NCBI GenBank assembly: GCA_046497275.1
Contig: JAWOFX010000064.1
Location: 1-32,000, forward strand
Length of the DNA: 32,000 bases
Source of the DNA: Promethearchaeia archaeon
GTDB taxonomy: Archaea > Asgardarchaeota > Lokiarchaeia > Sigyniarchaeales > SOKP01
Reading direction: 5' to 3'
Shown here: positions 8,579 to 17,232 of the stretch, in pieces
Layout of the letters: the number at the start of each line of letters is the position of its first letter
Position numbering within the stretch: the stretch's first letter is position 1
Program-made: the position numbers and the translations under genes
The notes under the pieces: model-generated
Seen by the model: only the letters and a program-made list of their open reading frames with translations
Database searches by the model: none
What the model was told of the DNA's origin: nothing

Positions 8579-8653
8579 CGGACCCGGCAGGATTCGAACC
8601 TGCGACTTTCGGATTAGAAGTCCGACGCCCTATCCAGGCTAGGCTACGAGTCC
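8579..8653 (-). tRNA. tRNA-Arg (anticodon TCT), intronless, CCA not encoded
   Basis: Cloverleaf with acceptor GGACTCG/CGGGTCC, anticodon arm TCGGA-CTTCTAA-TCCGA, T-arm GCAGG-TTCGAAT-CCTGC. Confidence 0.96.
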
Positions 8654-8767
8654 AATATAACAAAATAAAATTATCTTATATTAAGAATTATAAAGTAAAA
8701 TCTTTAAATTTTATTATAATCTCCTCTCTAATTTTAAAATCGGCGATATTTGAGATAAAATCGAAAT

Positions 8768-9913
8768 TTATGATTGATTCAATTTTTGTATAAAAGCATC
8801 AATAACAATCATATCAGATTTGGGAGAATATGATTTTATTATATCAGATCTTTTAATCTCTTTTATTATGAAATCATAACTTTCAATTTTGTTTCTAAAT
8901 TTTGCTATAGCTTTTCTTATAGAATTTGGTTTCTCACTAAACTGATAATTATGGATAATACCGCCCTCCTCCTTAATTAAATTGCATGCTACATCCAAAA
9001 ATCTCAATGAATCCTCTGGAAAGTTCATAATAATCCTATCTATTTTATTTCTTAATTGAATTTCAATTTGATTGTGTGGATTTATTAGGTTTCTAATGTC
9101 TAAATTAAAAGGAGTAATTGTACCTTTCAAATTATTTATTTCGATATTTTCCTTCAAATATTTATAGGCAAATGGATTAATATCGAATGCGTATATTTTC
9201 ACATCATGAAGTTTTGCTATTTGTATTGAAAAAGTTCCAACCCCCGCGAACAGATCCGCAATTCTTTCTCCCTTTTCAAAATTTGATTTTGAGACTAATA
9301 ACCGTTCATGATTTAATCTAGGAGAGAAAAACGTTCTGTTTATGTCAAGATTAAATAAACAATCGTTCTCCTTATGTAAGGTTTCTGTTCTCTTCAATCC
9401 AGCTAAATATTCCATTTTTCTTAGACGAAAGGTCCCTCTTACTTTACTTTTTTTCTCATATACACTATTAACATTCTTATTTACCTGAATTATTGCGTTA
9501 GCGATTTTTTTCTTGATTTTTCTTTTCTTTTTCATTTTTTCTTCATTTCTAAATTCTATTATCGCAATTTCTCCAATTATATCATATGAATGAGGGATTA
9601 AATTATAATAATTTTTTGAAATCTGACCCTTTAAAACCTCTTCTAATGTTCTGTGTTCATAATTCTCTCTTTCTTCTGCTTTTAGTTTTATGATTTCAAA
9701 ATCTAAAAAAGGTTTGATTACTTTCATTAATTCATTTATTTTTTCTGGAGAGATTTTTAAAGGGAAAAAGACATTATGATTATCTTCTACTATTTTATAC
9801 TTTTTATTTAAGATAATTTTTTTGGAATAATTCTTTTTAATTAATTTCATAAATTTTTGAGCTTTTTCCTTAGCGATCTTTACAAAAAAGACCTCATTAT
9901 TTTTTAGTTTCAT
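8768..9913 (-). CDS. trm5: Trm5/Tyw2-family class I SAM-dependent tRNA (guanine-37-N1) methyltransferase
   Basis: SYDIIGEIAI, HKENDC.F..D, FFSPRL..ER, DLFAGVGTF, DINP, DRIIMN.P motifs. Confidence 0.88.
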   Translation of the reverse strand: MKLKNNEVFFVKIAKEKAQKFMKLIKKNYSKKIILNKKYKIVEDNHNVFFPLKISPEKINELMKVIKPFLDFEIIKLKAEERENYEHRTLEEVLKGQISKNYYNLIPHSYDIIGEIAIIEFRNEEKMKKKRKIKKKIANAIIQVNKNVNSVYEKKSKVRGTFRLRKMEYLAGLKRTETLHKENDCLFNLDINRTFFSPRLNHERLLVSKSNFEKGERIADLFAGVGTFSIQIAKLHDVKIYAFDINPFAYKYLKENIEINNLKGTITPFNLDIRNLINPHNQIEIQLRNKIDRIIMNFPEDSLRFLDVACNLIKEEGGIIHNYQFSEKPNSIRKAIAKFRNKIESYDFIIKEIKRSDIIKSYSPKSDMIVIDAFIQKLNQS

Positions 9914-10337
9914 TGGAGTTAGATTTTTTAAATATTATTAGAAATTTACGATTAGAATCTCTAATCTTTTTAATTAGATTTCTTGATAATTCGGAAGATG
10001 ATTTAGAACAATTAATAAGTACCGTTCTATCACAAATATAATTGCTTTTTCGGAATACTAGATCTTTTTTATTACTTAATATCAAATTTTTATGACCAAA
10101 TCCATAAAATCTATCGCTTAACCCTTTTAGTTTAATTAAAACTTCAATTCTTCCCCCTTTCCTTAAATAATCTTTTAAACTTTTATTTAAGTCCTCACAA
10201 GCTTTAGTAGCTTTTACCCCAAGAATACAATTTCCCTTGAGTGAAAGAGAATCTTCTTTTGTGATTTCGATTGTGGTACTATGAGTACATAAAATATTTG
10301 GATGACCTTTGGCATAAACTTTATCCAAAATACTCAT
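9897..10337 (-). CDS. DUF371 family protein
   Basis: A.GHPNI..TH.TTIEITKE..L...G.CI.GV and FRKS.YIC.RT signatures. Confidence 0.85.
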   Translation of the reverse strand: MSILDKVYAKGHPNILCTHSTTIEITKEDSLSLKGNCILGVKATKACEDLNKSLKDYLRKGGRIEVLIKLKGLSDRFYGFGHKNLILSNKKDLVFRKSNYICDRTVLINCSKSSSELSRNLIKKIRDSNRKFLIIFKKSNSNETKK

Positions 10338-11974
10338 TATTGATTAAAATAATTTATTATTTCATTAATTGTATTAAATGCACTTATAGGAATTTTATTT
10401 TTAGATCTTAAACTTTCGAAAATTTTTTTATAATAAGGATTTTCAAATTTTTCCTCTTCATGATATTGATTTGTAAAGTATTTTGGCGTCAAAAAGGCGA
10501 TTTTCTCATATTCTGTAGAAGAATTAATAATTAAACTAATAATTTCACTTGATGGTAAAAATTTTGTTTGATATTCTAACAGTTTTGAATTTATTGATTC
10601 ATATTGTCCCATAGGATAAGTTTGTGATAATTCAAGAGGAATCAGTCCAAAAAAATCAGAATAAAAAGCAATATGTATATCTTCTCTAGGGATTTTTTCA
10701 TTGTTTTTAATTTGATCAAGCCAGCAATTAATAGAAGGGGAGTTTATGCCTTTAAGATCCAGTTCTGGTATTATTAATAAAAATTTTACTCCTTTAGGAA
10801 TTCTATAACGGTTATTTAATCTCTGCTTATATCTAACTATTATAGGGCGATAATAACTTTGGAAAGAATTAAAAAATCGTCCGTGTTTTTTATAGATCTT
10901 TTCATAGATCTCCATGAACTCTAGATTTCTGATAATATTTTTTAAACTATTTGCCAAATTAGGATGAGCAAGGATTCTTTCCTCTATCAATTCCCATAAA
11001 TTACCATCTCTAATAGCTTGCCTAACTACTTTTAATTCTGAAATAGAAATATACAAATTATGTAATGCTAATAATTTAATCTTCTTTTTATTTTCCATTT
11101 GCCTAATTTCTTTAGGGGTATATTTAGAACAAATTGGACAATTACATGGAAACTCTTTTAATTCATCTAAATTTTTAGTTCCTGTTGTAAGGGTAAAATA
11201 TCGTTGTTCTTTAGCATATAAAATATATGCTGCTGAATCCATCAAATCACATCCGCACGCTACTGCTATTGAAAAGAATTGTGGTAAGCCTAAGCCGAAC
11301 ATATGAAGAGGTTTAGAAGGTGTGATATTTCTTTTGACTGTCAGTAAAATATTAATTATTTCTGGGAACCTATAATCTAAAAAGTACTTCACAAGCCCTC
11401 CAATTGCATAAATTTCGAAATCCAATTTATTCATTTCCCTGGAGCTTTTCATTAATAGATCAGAATATTTGCCTCCATGTATCGGACCCATCCAGCAACA
11501 TTCTTTTTCTCTTCTTAAAATATTTAATTTTGCCCTTTCAATACTTAATTCAATTTTCTCCTTTGCTTGGATATAATTATCGTTAGGTTGTACGGGAATA
11601 TCTAAAATTACCGGAAAATTTGAGCCGATATCTTCTTGAAATTTCTCAATTTCTAAAGGGGTAATATTTATGTCTTCTTTATTATACATATATTGTTGGA
11701 AAGCCCCGCTATCAGTAGCAATTAATCCATTGAAGTTCAAATATTCATTTAATCCTTGTTTTAGAACTTTCTGTCTTTCTTCTCTATTCTGATAAAGAAT
11801 ATATGCATTAGTAAAAATACAATTGAATCCTATATGTTGTATTTCTGCAGGTTTTAAAATATTATCATATGGATGTACAACGGGTATTAAATTTGGAGTA
11901 ATTAATTTCTTTTTTTTATACTCTAATTCCCCAATTCTTCCTAAAGCATCAGTATCAAATATTTCATATTTCAT
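10337..11974 (-). CDS. tgtA: Archaeosine tRNA-guanine(15) transglycosylase
   Basis: TP.L.PVV, TNAY, TDSGAFQ, AIGG, H.FG, D..DSA.Y and the Zn site C-x-C-x2-C...H. C-terminal LIPLELSQTYP motif. Confidence 0.93.
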   Translation of the reverse strand: MKYEIFDTDALGRIGELEYKKKKLITPNLIPVVHPYDNILKPAEIQHIGFNCIFTNAYILYQNREERQKVLKQGLNEYLNFNGLIATDSGAFQQYMYNKEDINITPLEIEKFQEDIGSNFPVILDIPVQPNDNYIQAKEKIELSIERAKLNILRREKECCWMGPIHGGKYSDLLMKSSREMNKLDFEIYAIGGLVKYFLDYRFPEIINILLTVKRNITPSKPLHMFGLGLPQFFSIAVACGCDLMDSAAYILYAKEQRYFTLTTGTKNLDELKEFPCNCPICSKYTPKEIRQMENKKKIKLLALHNLYISISELKVVRQAIRDGNLWELIEERILAHPNLANSLKNIIRNLEFMEIYEKIYKKHGRFFNSFQSYYRPIIVRYKQRLNNRYRIPKGVKFLLIIPELDLKGINSPSINCWLDQIKNNEKIPREDIHIAFYSDFFGLIPLELSQTYPMGQYESINSKLLEYQTKFLPSSEIISLIINSSTEYEKIAFLTPKYFTNQYHEEEKFENPYYKKIFESLRSKNKIPISAFNTINEIINYFNQ

Positions 11975-11990
11975 ATTTTAAAACACAATA

Positions 11991-12581
11991 TTAATCAAAA
12001 AATTCATTTAATCTATTTTTTTTAGAAAGTTCACATAACCAATCGATTTTACCAACAGGGTTAAGATTTGGTTCACCATTATTTATTATATCGGTAATTG
12101 TTTTTATAATTGAATCAATTGATTTATTCGAAGTGTTAATCTCATAAATTGGACATTTGAGATCTTTTTCAAGAATATAATTTGTGCTATTTCCTAAAAT
12201 CTCCGCTTGTAAGTTTTCTCTTATCTTGGATTCTTTATAATCTCTTTTTTCAAGTCTTTTTCTTAAAATATCAGGATGACATCTTAAGATTATGACTAAA
12301 TCGATAAATTTTTTTGGAATTATATCCGCAAAATGTCCCTCAATAAAAAAGTACTTTAATTTTTTTTCTTTTGCTTTCTCTATTATTTTAATAATATAGG
12401 GAATCATTTTATCAAAATCCGCTATATAGGTGTCTCTTTTCTTATCATAATCTTCATGAAATCCTTTCTTAACTACCAATTCATTTAAGGAAATATATTC
12501 AGATTTCTCAAGTTGAGAGATTTCTTTACTTATTGTTGTCTTACCGCACCCCGGTGTGCCAGTTATTATTATAATTTCCAT
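11991..12581 (-). CDS. adkA: Archaeal adenylate kinase, AK6/Fap7 family
   Basis: ITGTPGCGKTT P-loop, EGHF, LRC.P..L..RL..R.Y...KI.EN..AEI. Start moved to ATG 12581. Confidence 0.9.
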   Translation of the reverse strand: MEIIIITGTPGCGKTTISKEISQLEKSEYISLNELVVKKGFHEDYDKKRDTYIADFDKMIPYIIKIIEKAKEKKLKYFFIEGHFADIIPKKFIDLVIILRCHPDILRKRLEKRDYKESKIRENLQAEILGNSTNYILEKDLKCPIYEINTSNKSIDSIIKTITDIINNGEPNLNPVGKIDWLCELSKKNRLNEFFD

Positions 12582-12696
12582 AATTAATATCAAATAATAC
12601 TTAGAATAATCTTCTGAAAATAATTATATTTTATTCTTAAAATAAAATTAATAGTTAAGAAAGGATTTCATTGGGTTATAGTTATAATTCATAAAA

Positions 12697-12773
12697 TGGT
12701 GCGGGGAGGGGGCTTCGATCCCCCGACCTCACGGTTATCAGCCGTGCGCTATACCAAGCTAAGCCATCTCCGC
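12697..12773 (-). tRNA. tRNA-Ile (anticodon GAT), intronless, CCA encoded
   Basis: Anticodon arm CACGG-CTGATAA-CCGTG, T-arm GGGGG-ATCGAAG-CCCCC, acceptor GCGGAGA/TCCCCGC, followed by A-CCA. Confidence 0.95.
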
Positions 12774-12780
12774 AAAGATT

Positions 12781-12838
12781 TTATTAGAATTAACACAATT
12801 AGATATTAACTCTTCCTAAATTGTGTTAATTTTAATAA
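12781..12838. repeat. 20-bp inverted repeat (19/20 match) with an 18-nt spacer
   Basis: TTATTAGAATTAACACAATT (12781-12800) versus AATTGTGTTAATTTTAATAA (12819-12838). Confidence 0.8.
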
Positions 12839-12923
12839 TTTTAATAAAATATAGTTAAAAAATTTTTTGACTACTTGAATTAAATATTTATAGAATTAAT
12901 TACTTAAACACAAATGATTATTA

Positions 12924-13355
12924 ATGTCTGATAAACTTATTTATTCGGTTATTGGCTTACAAGATTTCATAATATCTTTTGAAAAATATTGTGACCCCTG
13001 TGAAATCCAACAGCATTGCAAATATGGAAAAAACAATCCTTTTTCTATTCAAATTAATTGTAATGATATTAATAGTTCAAAAGAAAAGATTAAATATGAA
13101 CAACTAAAAAAATTACAAAAAACAGAAGACGTCACCGTGTCTTACGATGATTTAATAAAAAAGATAAAGATAAATTTACAAACAATTTTTTCAGAAATTT
13201 GGAAAAATAAGATCAAAAATCAGAAAGAAGAGATAAGATGTCTTGATTCAAAAAAAGTTGATTCAATTTTAGTAGCACAACAAGGTCAAGATTGGTGGCA
13301 AGATTTTAATAAAGTAATGACTAAAATCAATGAAGAATGCGAAATGATTATGTAA
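12924..13355 (+). CDS. Hypothetical protein (143 aa) with a Cys cluster
   Basis: ORF track; CDPC-x5-C-x13-C pattern. Confidence 0.75.
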   Translation: MSDKLIYSVIGLQDFIISFEKYCDPCEIQQHCKYGKNNPFSIQINCNDINSSKEKIKYEQLKKLQKTEDVTVSYDDLIKKIKINLQTIFSEIWKNKIKNQKEEIRCLDSKKVDSILVAQQGQDWWQDFNKVMTKINEECEMIM

Positions 13356-13415
13356 ATTTTCAAAAAATACTTTCAGTTTAAATCTTTATTTTGAAAAATT
13401 CAATTGTATTAAAAT

Positions 13416-13979
13416 ATGATTTTAAATGATTCTCTCTTCCAAATTTATAATAATCTTATCGAAATTGTTTTTATTTTTATGAAATATATCTTAGTCTTGA
13501 TTCTAATAATAATTGGAATTTTAACTTTATTACGTTTAAGAGGGATATATCTTAATAAAAAAATTTATAATACTACAGAAATCAAAAATCAGGATCCTCT
13601 TAATCAAATAAGGCTTATACTTGGATTCTCTTATATTTTTTTGGGGATTGGGATTTTATTTAATTATTTGATCTATTTTATGATATGGATTTTGGATCCT
13701 TTACCTGATAGAATTGCTTTTTTTCTTTTAAATAAAATAGTGGAAATTCAAAATTCTCTTAATTTAGATATTGTGACCCCTGATTCATTAAATATTATAA
13801 ATCTAATTTTCAATTTTTTATCATTTTTATTTTTTTTCGAATTATTACTAAGCGTTTGGTATTTAATCCATAATAATAAGGTCATAAATAATCCAAGAGG
13901 TGCTTTTATAGGTATTATATCTAGTCTTATAGGATGTGTACTTTTCGGTTTTACCGCTTTCATGCCGCATTTTTTATGA
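13416..13979 (+). CDS. Hypothetical integral membrane protein (about 4 TM)
   Basis: Four long hydrophobic segments; the start may be the internal Met (MKYILVL). Confidence 0.75.
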   Translation: MILNDSLFQIYNNLIEIVFIFMKYILVLILIIIGILTLLRLRGIYLNKKIYNTTEIKNQDPLNQIRLILGFSYIFLGIGILFNYLIYFMIWILDPLPDRIAFFLLNKIVEIQNSLNLDIVTPDSLNIINLIFNFLSFLFFFELLLSVWYLIHNNKVINNPRGAFIGIISSLIGCVLFGFTAFMPHFL

Positions 13980-14240
13980 CTTTTTGCAATCATCAATTTT
14001 TTATTTTTTCAAAAAGGAGAAAAATCTATTTTGTCGAACTTTATTCATCATATTTAATTAGAAATTTGAGATAGTTGTTTGGGAAAAAGGGATTTGAGAT
14101 ATTTAATAAGAGAAAAAATAAGAAAATAATACAAGATTGGATTCCATTTATTAATACTTTGTCCATCAATAAAATTTTTTCATTTTAAGTGATATATTTT
14201 TTCTATTTCAATTTTCCTATTTAACTAACAAAACATAAAA

Positions 14241-14255
14241 CGAAAGGTTTAAATA
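14241..14255 (+). promoter_or_regulatory. BRE plus TATA box upstream of tfb
   Basis: CGAAAG-G-TTTAAATA fits the archaeal BRE/TATA consensus and implies a 5' UTR of roughly 120 nt. Confidence 0.5.
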
Positions 14256-14396
14256 TAATATTTGTGTATAAATAATTTGCAATCGGGTTATTTTCGTTCA
14301 GTCACTTAGTATAATTGATTTCCTAACATTAGAGTCATCGCTGGGTTGATTTAATTTGTGAAAATTATATAAATTTTATATTAATGGGGTTATATT

Positions 14397-15284
14397 ATGG
14401 AAATAAAAACAGATATGAATTTGTTAACTAATGTTTGTCCTGAATGTGGGGGTAAAATTATCCCTATTCAAGAAAAAGGTGAGAATGTCTGTAGAAAATG
14501 TGGTTTAGTAGTCAATGAGAGGATCTTAGACATTTCTCATAGTGGAAAGAGAGCTTTTACAAAACAAGAAAAAGATAAAAGAGCGAGAACGGGATCTCCC
14601 ATTTCAATCCTTCTACCGGATATGGGTTTGAGTACTGTTATAGATAAATCTGGGATTAAAAATGCAGATCTTAAAAGAGCAGCAAAATGGAATTCCAGAA
14701 TGACTTGGGATAAAAGAAATATGTTAATTGCAACCACAGAATTAAAAAGGATAGGCAGCAATCTTAATTTACCATCTCATCTAAAAAAAGCTGCGATAAG
14801 GCTTTATATTGAGGCTTTTAAAAAGAAATTATTAAGAGGTAGATCAATAAATGGTATGGTTGCAGCTTGTCTATATTTTGCCTGCAGAAAAAGTAATGTA
14901 CCCAGAACTTTACAAGAAATTCTTGATCAAACTTCAGTTAGTGCAAAAAATGTAAGAAGATGCTATCGAACTCTAATTAGAGAATTAAAATTGAAAGCTC
15001 CATCCACTGATCCCGTTTCTTTAGTCCCTAGATTCGTTGCAGAATTAGCTCTCAACACCGAGGATGAAAAAACTACAATAAAGATTTTAAAAGCATTTAT
15101 AAAAAATTTTTCTATAAGTGGTAAAGATCCTAAGGGTTTATGTGCTGGTGCATTATATCTGGTTTGTAAGGGTCGAAAGAAAAGGATATCTCAAAAAGAA
15201 ATCGCAAATTTAGTAGGTGTCACCGAGGTTACCCTTCGATCCAGATATAAGGAAATTATTAAAAAATTAAATATTAAGATTTAG
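14397..15284 (+). CDS. tfb: Transcription initiation factor IIB (TFB)
   Basis: Zn ribbon CPECG...VCRKCGLV, B-reader RAFT...RARTGSP, two cyclin repeats (RGRS...AACLY.ACR, PRTL.EI; GKDP.GL.A.ALY; Q.EIA...GVTEVT.R.RYKE). Confidence 0.97.
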   Translation: MEIKTDMNLLTNVCPECGGKIIPIQEKGENVCRKCGLVVNERILDISHSGKRAFTKQEKDKRARTGSPISILLPDMGLSTVIDKSGIKNADLKRAAKWNSRMTWDKRNMLIATTELKRIGSNLNLPSHLKKAAIRLYIEAFKKKLLRGRSINGMVAACLYFACRKSNVPRTLQEILDQTSVSAKNVRRCYRTLIRELKLKAPSTDPVSLVPRFVAELALNTEDEKTTIKILKAFIKNFSISGKDPKGLCAGALYLVCKGRKKRISQKEIANLVGVTEVTLRSRYKEIIKKLNIKI

Positions 15285-15285
15285 T

Positions 15286-15867
15286 TCATATTTCTTTTTT
15301 CATTAAAAATTTTGTAAAATCAGGTAGAGTTATTAAATATTCTTGAGCATTAGGTAGATAATTCTTTATTTTAATAAACATCTGAGAATAATGATGAGCC
15401 CTTTCTTTTTGTTCGAGTACATCATTCCTAGTTTGTTCTCTAATCATCTCTACCGGAATGCCCTTCATAACTGCTCTCGCTGGGATTACAAGTCCGGGTG
15501 GTACTTGACTTTTATTTAATATCACTGATCCCTCACCAATAGAAGTTTCTTCAAATATAATACTACCTTCCATAATCTGAATATAATCCTCTAAGAAGCT
15601 TCCTAATAGGGTTACCCCAGTCTCTAAAATACAATACCTACCTATATGTATCGAACTCTTAGATGATCGTGTTAATAAATTCACTCCATTAAAGATTGTA
15701 GAATATTCCCCAATATTTATTTTTGCATTTTCAGCCCGAATAATGGAACCTGGCCAAATAATAACATTATCATTAACTTTGACATCTCCAATTAAGGTTG
15801 CTTGAGGGGAAACATAGGCGTTTTCACTTATTTCTGGTTTCTTATTATTATATTCAATTAAAACCAT
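15286..15867 (-). CDS. Gamma-carbonic-anhydrase-like left-handed beta-helix protein lacking the metal-binding histidines
   Basis: P.I...AYV...A.LIGDV......IWPG..IR N-terminus, hexapeptide repeats and G.P...IR are typical of the YrdA/CaiE family. Confidence 0.85.
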   Translation of the reverse strand: MVLIEYNNKKPEISENAYVSPQATLIGDVKVNDNVIIWPGSIIRAENAKINIGEYSTIFNGVNLLTRSSKSSIHIGRYCILETGVTLLGSFLEDYIQIMEGSIIFEETSIGEGSVILNKSQVPPGLVIPARAVMKGIPVEMIREQTRNDVLEQKERAHHYSQMFIKIKNYLPNAQEYLITLPDFTKFLMKKEI

Positions 15868-15988
15868 GATTAATTCCTAAATTAATATTTTTATACTTTC
15901 AATATTTTTAATTCATTTAAATTTAATTGATTTTATAAAGATAATTTTGCCTTTCTATTAGGTTAAATCCAAACTTTAATTAAAAAAT

Positions 15989-16813
15989 TCAGAAAAAATC
16001 AAAAGGATCTTTAGATTCAAATAATAGAAACTCATCATAAGGAAATTCCAAACTTAAAAAATTTTTTAAATGCCTTAATGCGATCATCTCAGAATTATGA
16101 TGTGAGATATTTATCAAAGATATACCTAAATCTTCTGCTAAAATTGCTTTTGTGTGATCTAAATTGCTTGAGATATAACAATCACAGCTTAATTCGGCTG
16201 CTTTTTCAATATACTTATTCTCTAGCGTTCCTCCTCCGACAATACATATTTTTTGAAGATTTTTAGAAAGTTTACCGACATAAGGTATTTCTCCTCTATT
16301 ATTATTTAAATTTCTTTTAATACGTTCTAATAAACTTCTCAGGGTTAGAGTTTCATTAGATTCAGAAAAATTCATAGGCTCACAAATTCTTCCCAAAGGA
16401 ATTTTATTATTATTAATTTCAACTTGAAAAAGAGAATCTATTTTCAGATACAAAGATTTGGCAATAGTTTCTGAAATACCATTTTCTGATGATATAAAAG
16501 AGTTATTTAAAACAAAAATGGATACTGGATATTTGGAAAGTAAATTTAATTTATTTATTAAAGGTTTCTTTAGTTCTAAGAGAGGTGTTTGAATGAAGGG
16601 ATGATGCGAAATTATTAAGGAGACTTTGTTCTTTATAGCATAATATATTGATTGGATGCTTATGTCTAAGCAAATTAAAATCTTTTTAACTTGAGTTTCC
16701 CCCTTAATGACTCCATATTGGATCCCGTAAAAATCGTTTTTTCTTGAGAAAGTTTGTGGTGAGAGTTCATTTTCCAATAACTCTTTTAAATTTTTAAAAA
16801 ACATAAAAATCAT
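15989..16813 (-). CDS. Nif3/DUF34 (YbgI-like) dinuclear metal-centre protein
   Basis: YG.Q.G....VKKI..CLD, LIISHHP, I.IVGGG, D.YIS, ISHH.SE. Confidence 0.85.
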   Translation of the reverse strand: MIFMFFKNLKELLENELSPQTFSRKNDFYGIQYGVIKGETQVKKILICLDISIQSIYYAIKNKVSLIISHHPFIQTPLLELKKPLINKLNLLSKYPVSIFVLNNSFISSENGISETIAKSLYLKIDSLFQVEINNNKIPLGRICEPMNFSESNETLTLRSLLERIKRNLNNNRGEIPYVGKLSKNLQKICIVGGGTLENKYIEKAAELSCDCYISSNLDHTKAILAEDLGISLINISHHNSEMIALRHLKNFLSLEFPYDEFLLFESKDPFDFF

Positions 16814-16921
16814 TTGAAAAAATTCTTATTTTTAAATAAAGCTGTTGAGTCTGTAAGTTTTCAATTTTATGTGATTAAAAGGGGTGTTTAAAAGGTTTAA
16901 ACTAAAAAATATTATAGAAAT

Positions 16922-17125
16922 ATGAGAGCAAAAAAAATTGGAAAAAAAATAATTAAAAAATTAAAAGAATTTCTTTATGATAATTATGGAGGAAATCTGG
17001 TAGAATATGCTTTATTGTTGGGATTTGCCCTATTTATTTTTTTTGTGATCTTTGGGATAATATCTTCAATAATGGATTGGACTTTAGGGTTATCTAATGA
17101 TTTCTTTGATCTTATTGGAGGATAA
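16922..17125 (+). CDS. Flp/Fap-like small type IV pilin precursor
   Basis: Basic leader, FL.D..G|GNLVEY (Gly-1, Glu+5, Tyr+6), then a long hydrophobic helix; 67 aa. Confidence 0.75.
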   Translation: MRAKKIGKKIIKKLKEFLYDNYGGNLVEYALLLGFALFIFFVIFGIISSIMDWTLGLSNDFFDLIGG

Positions 17126-17232
17126 TATCTCATTGAAATATAATAAAGATTTTTTTAGCCAATTTGTAAAAAATCTAAAGAAATAAATTATTTGATAATC
17201 AGATTTTTAAAGATTAAAATTCATTTTTTGAA

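Noticed and set aside
14041-14166. 41-aa hydrophobic ORF on the minus strand (MDKVLINGIQSCIIFLFFLLL...)
   Set aside because: No RBS or motif; such F/L/I-rich ORFs arise readily in AT-rich DNA. Not excluded, but unsupported.
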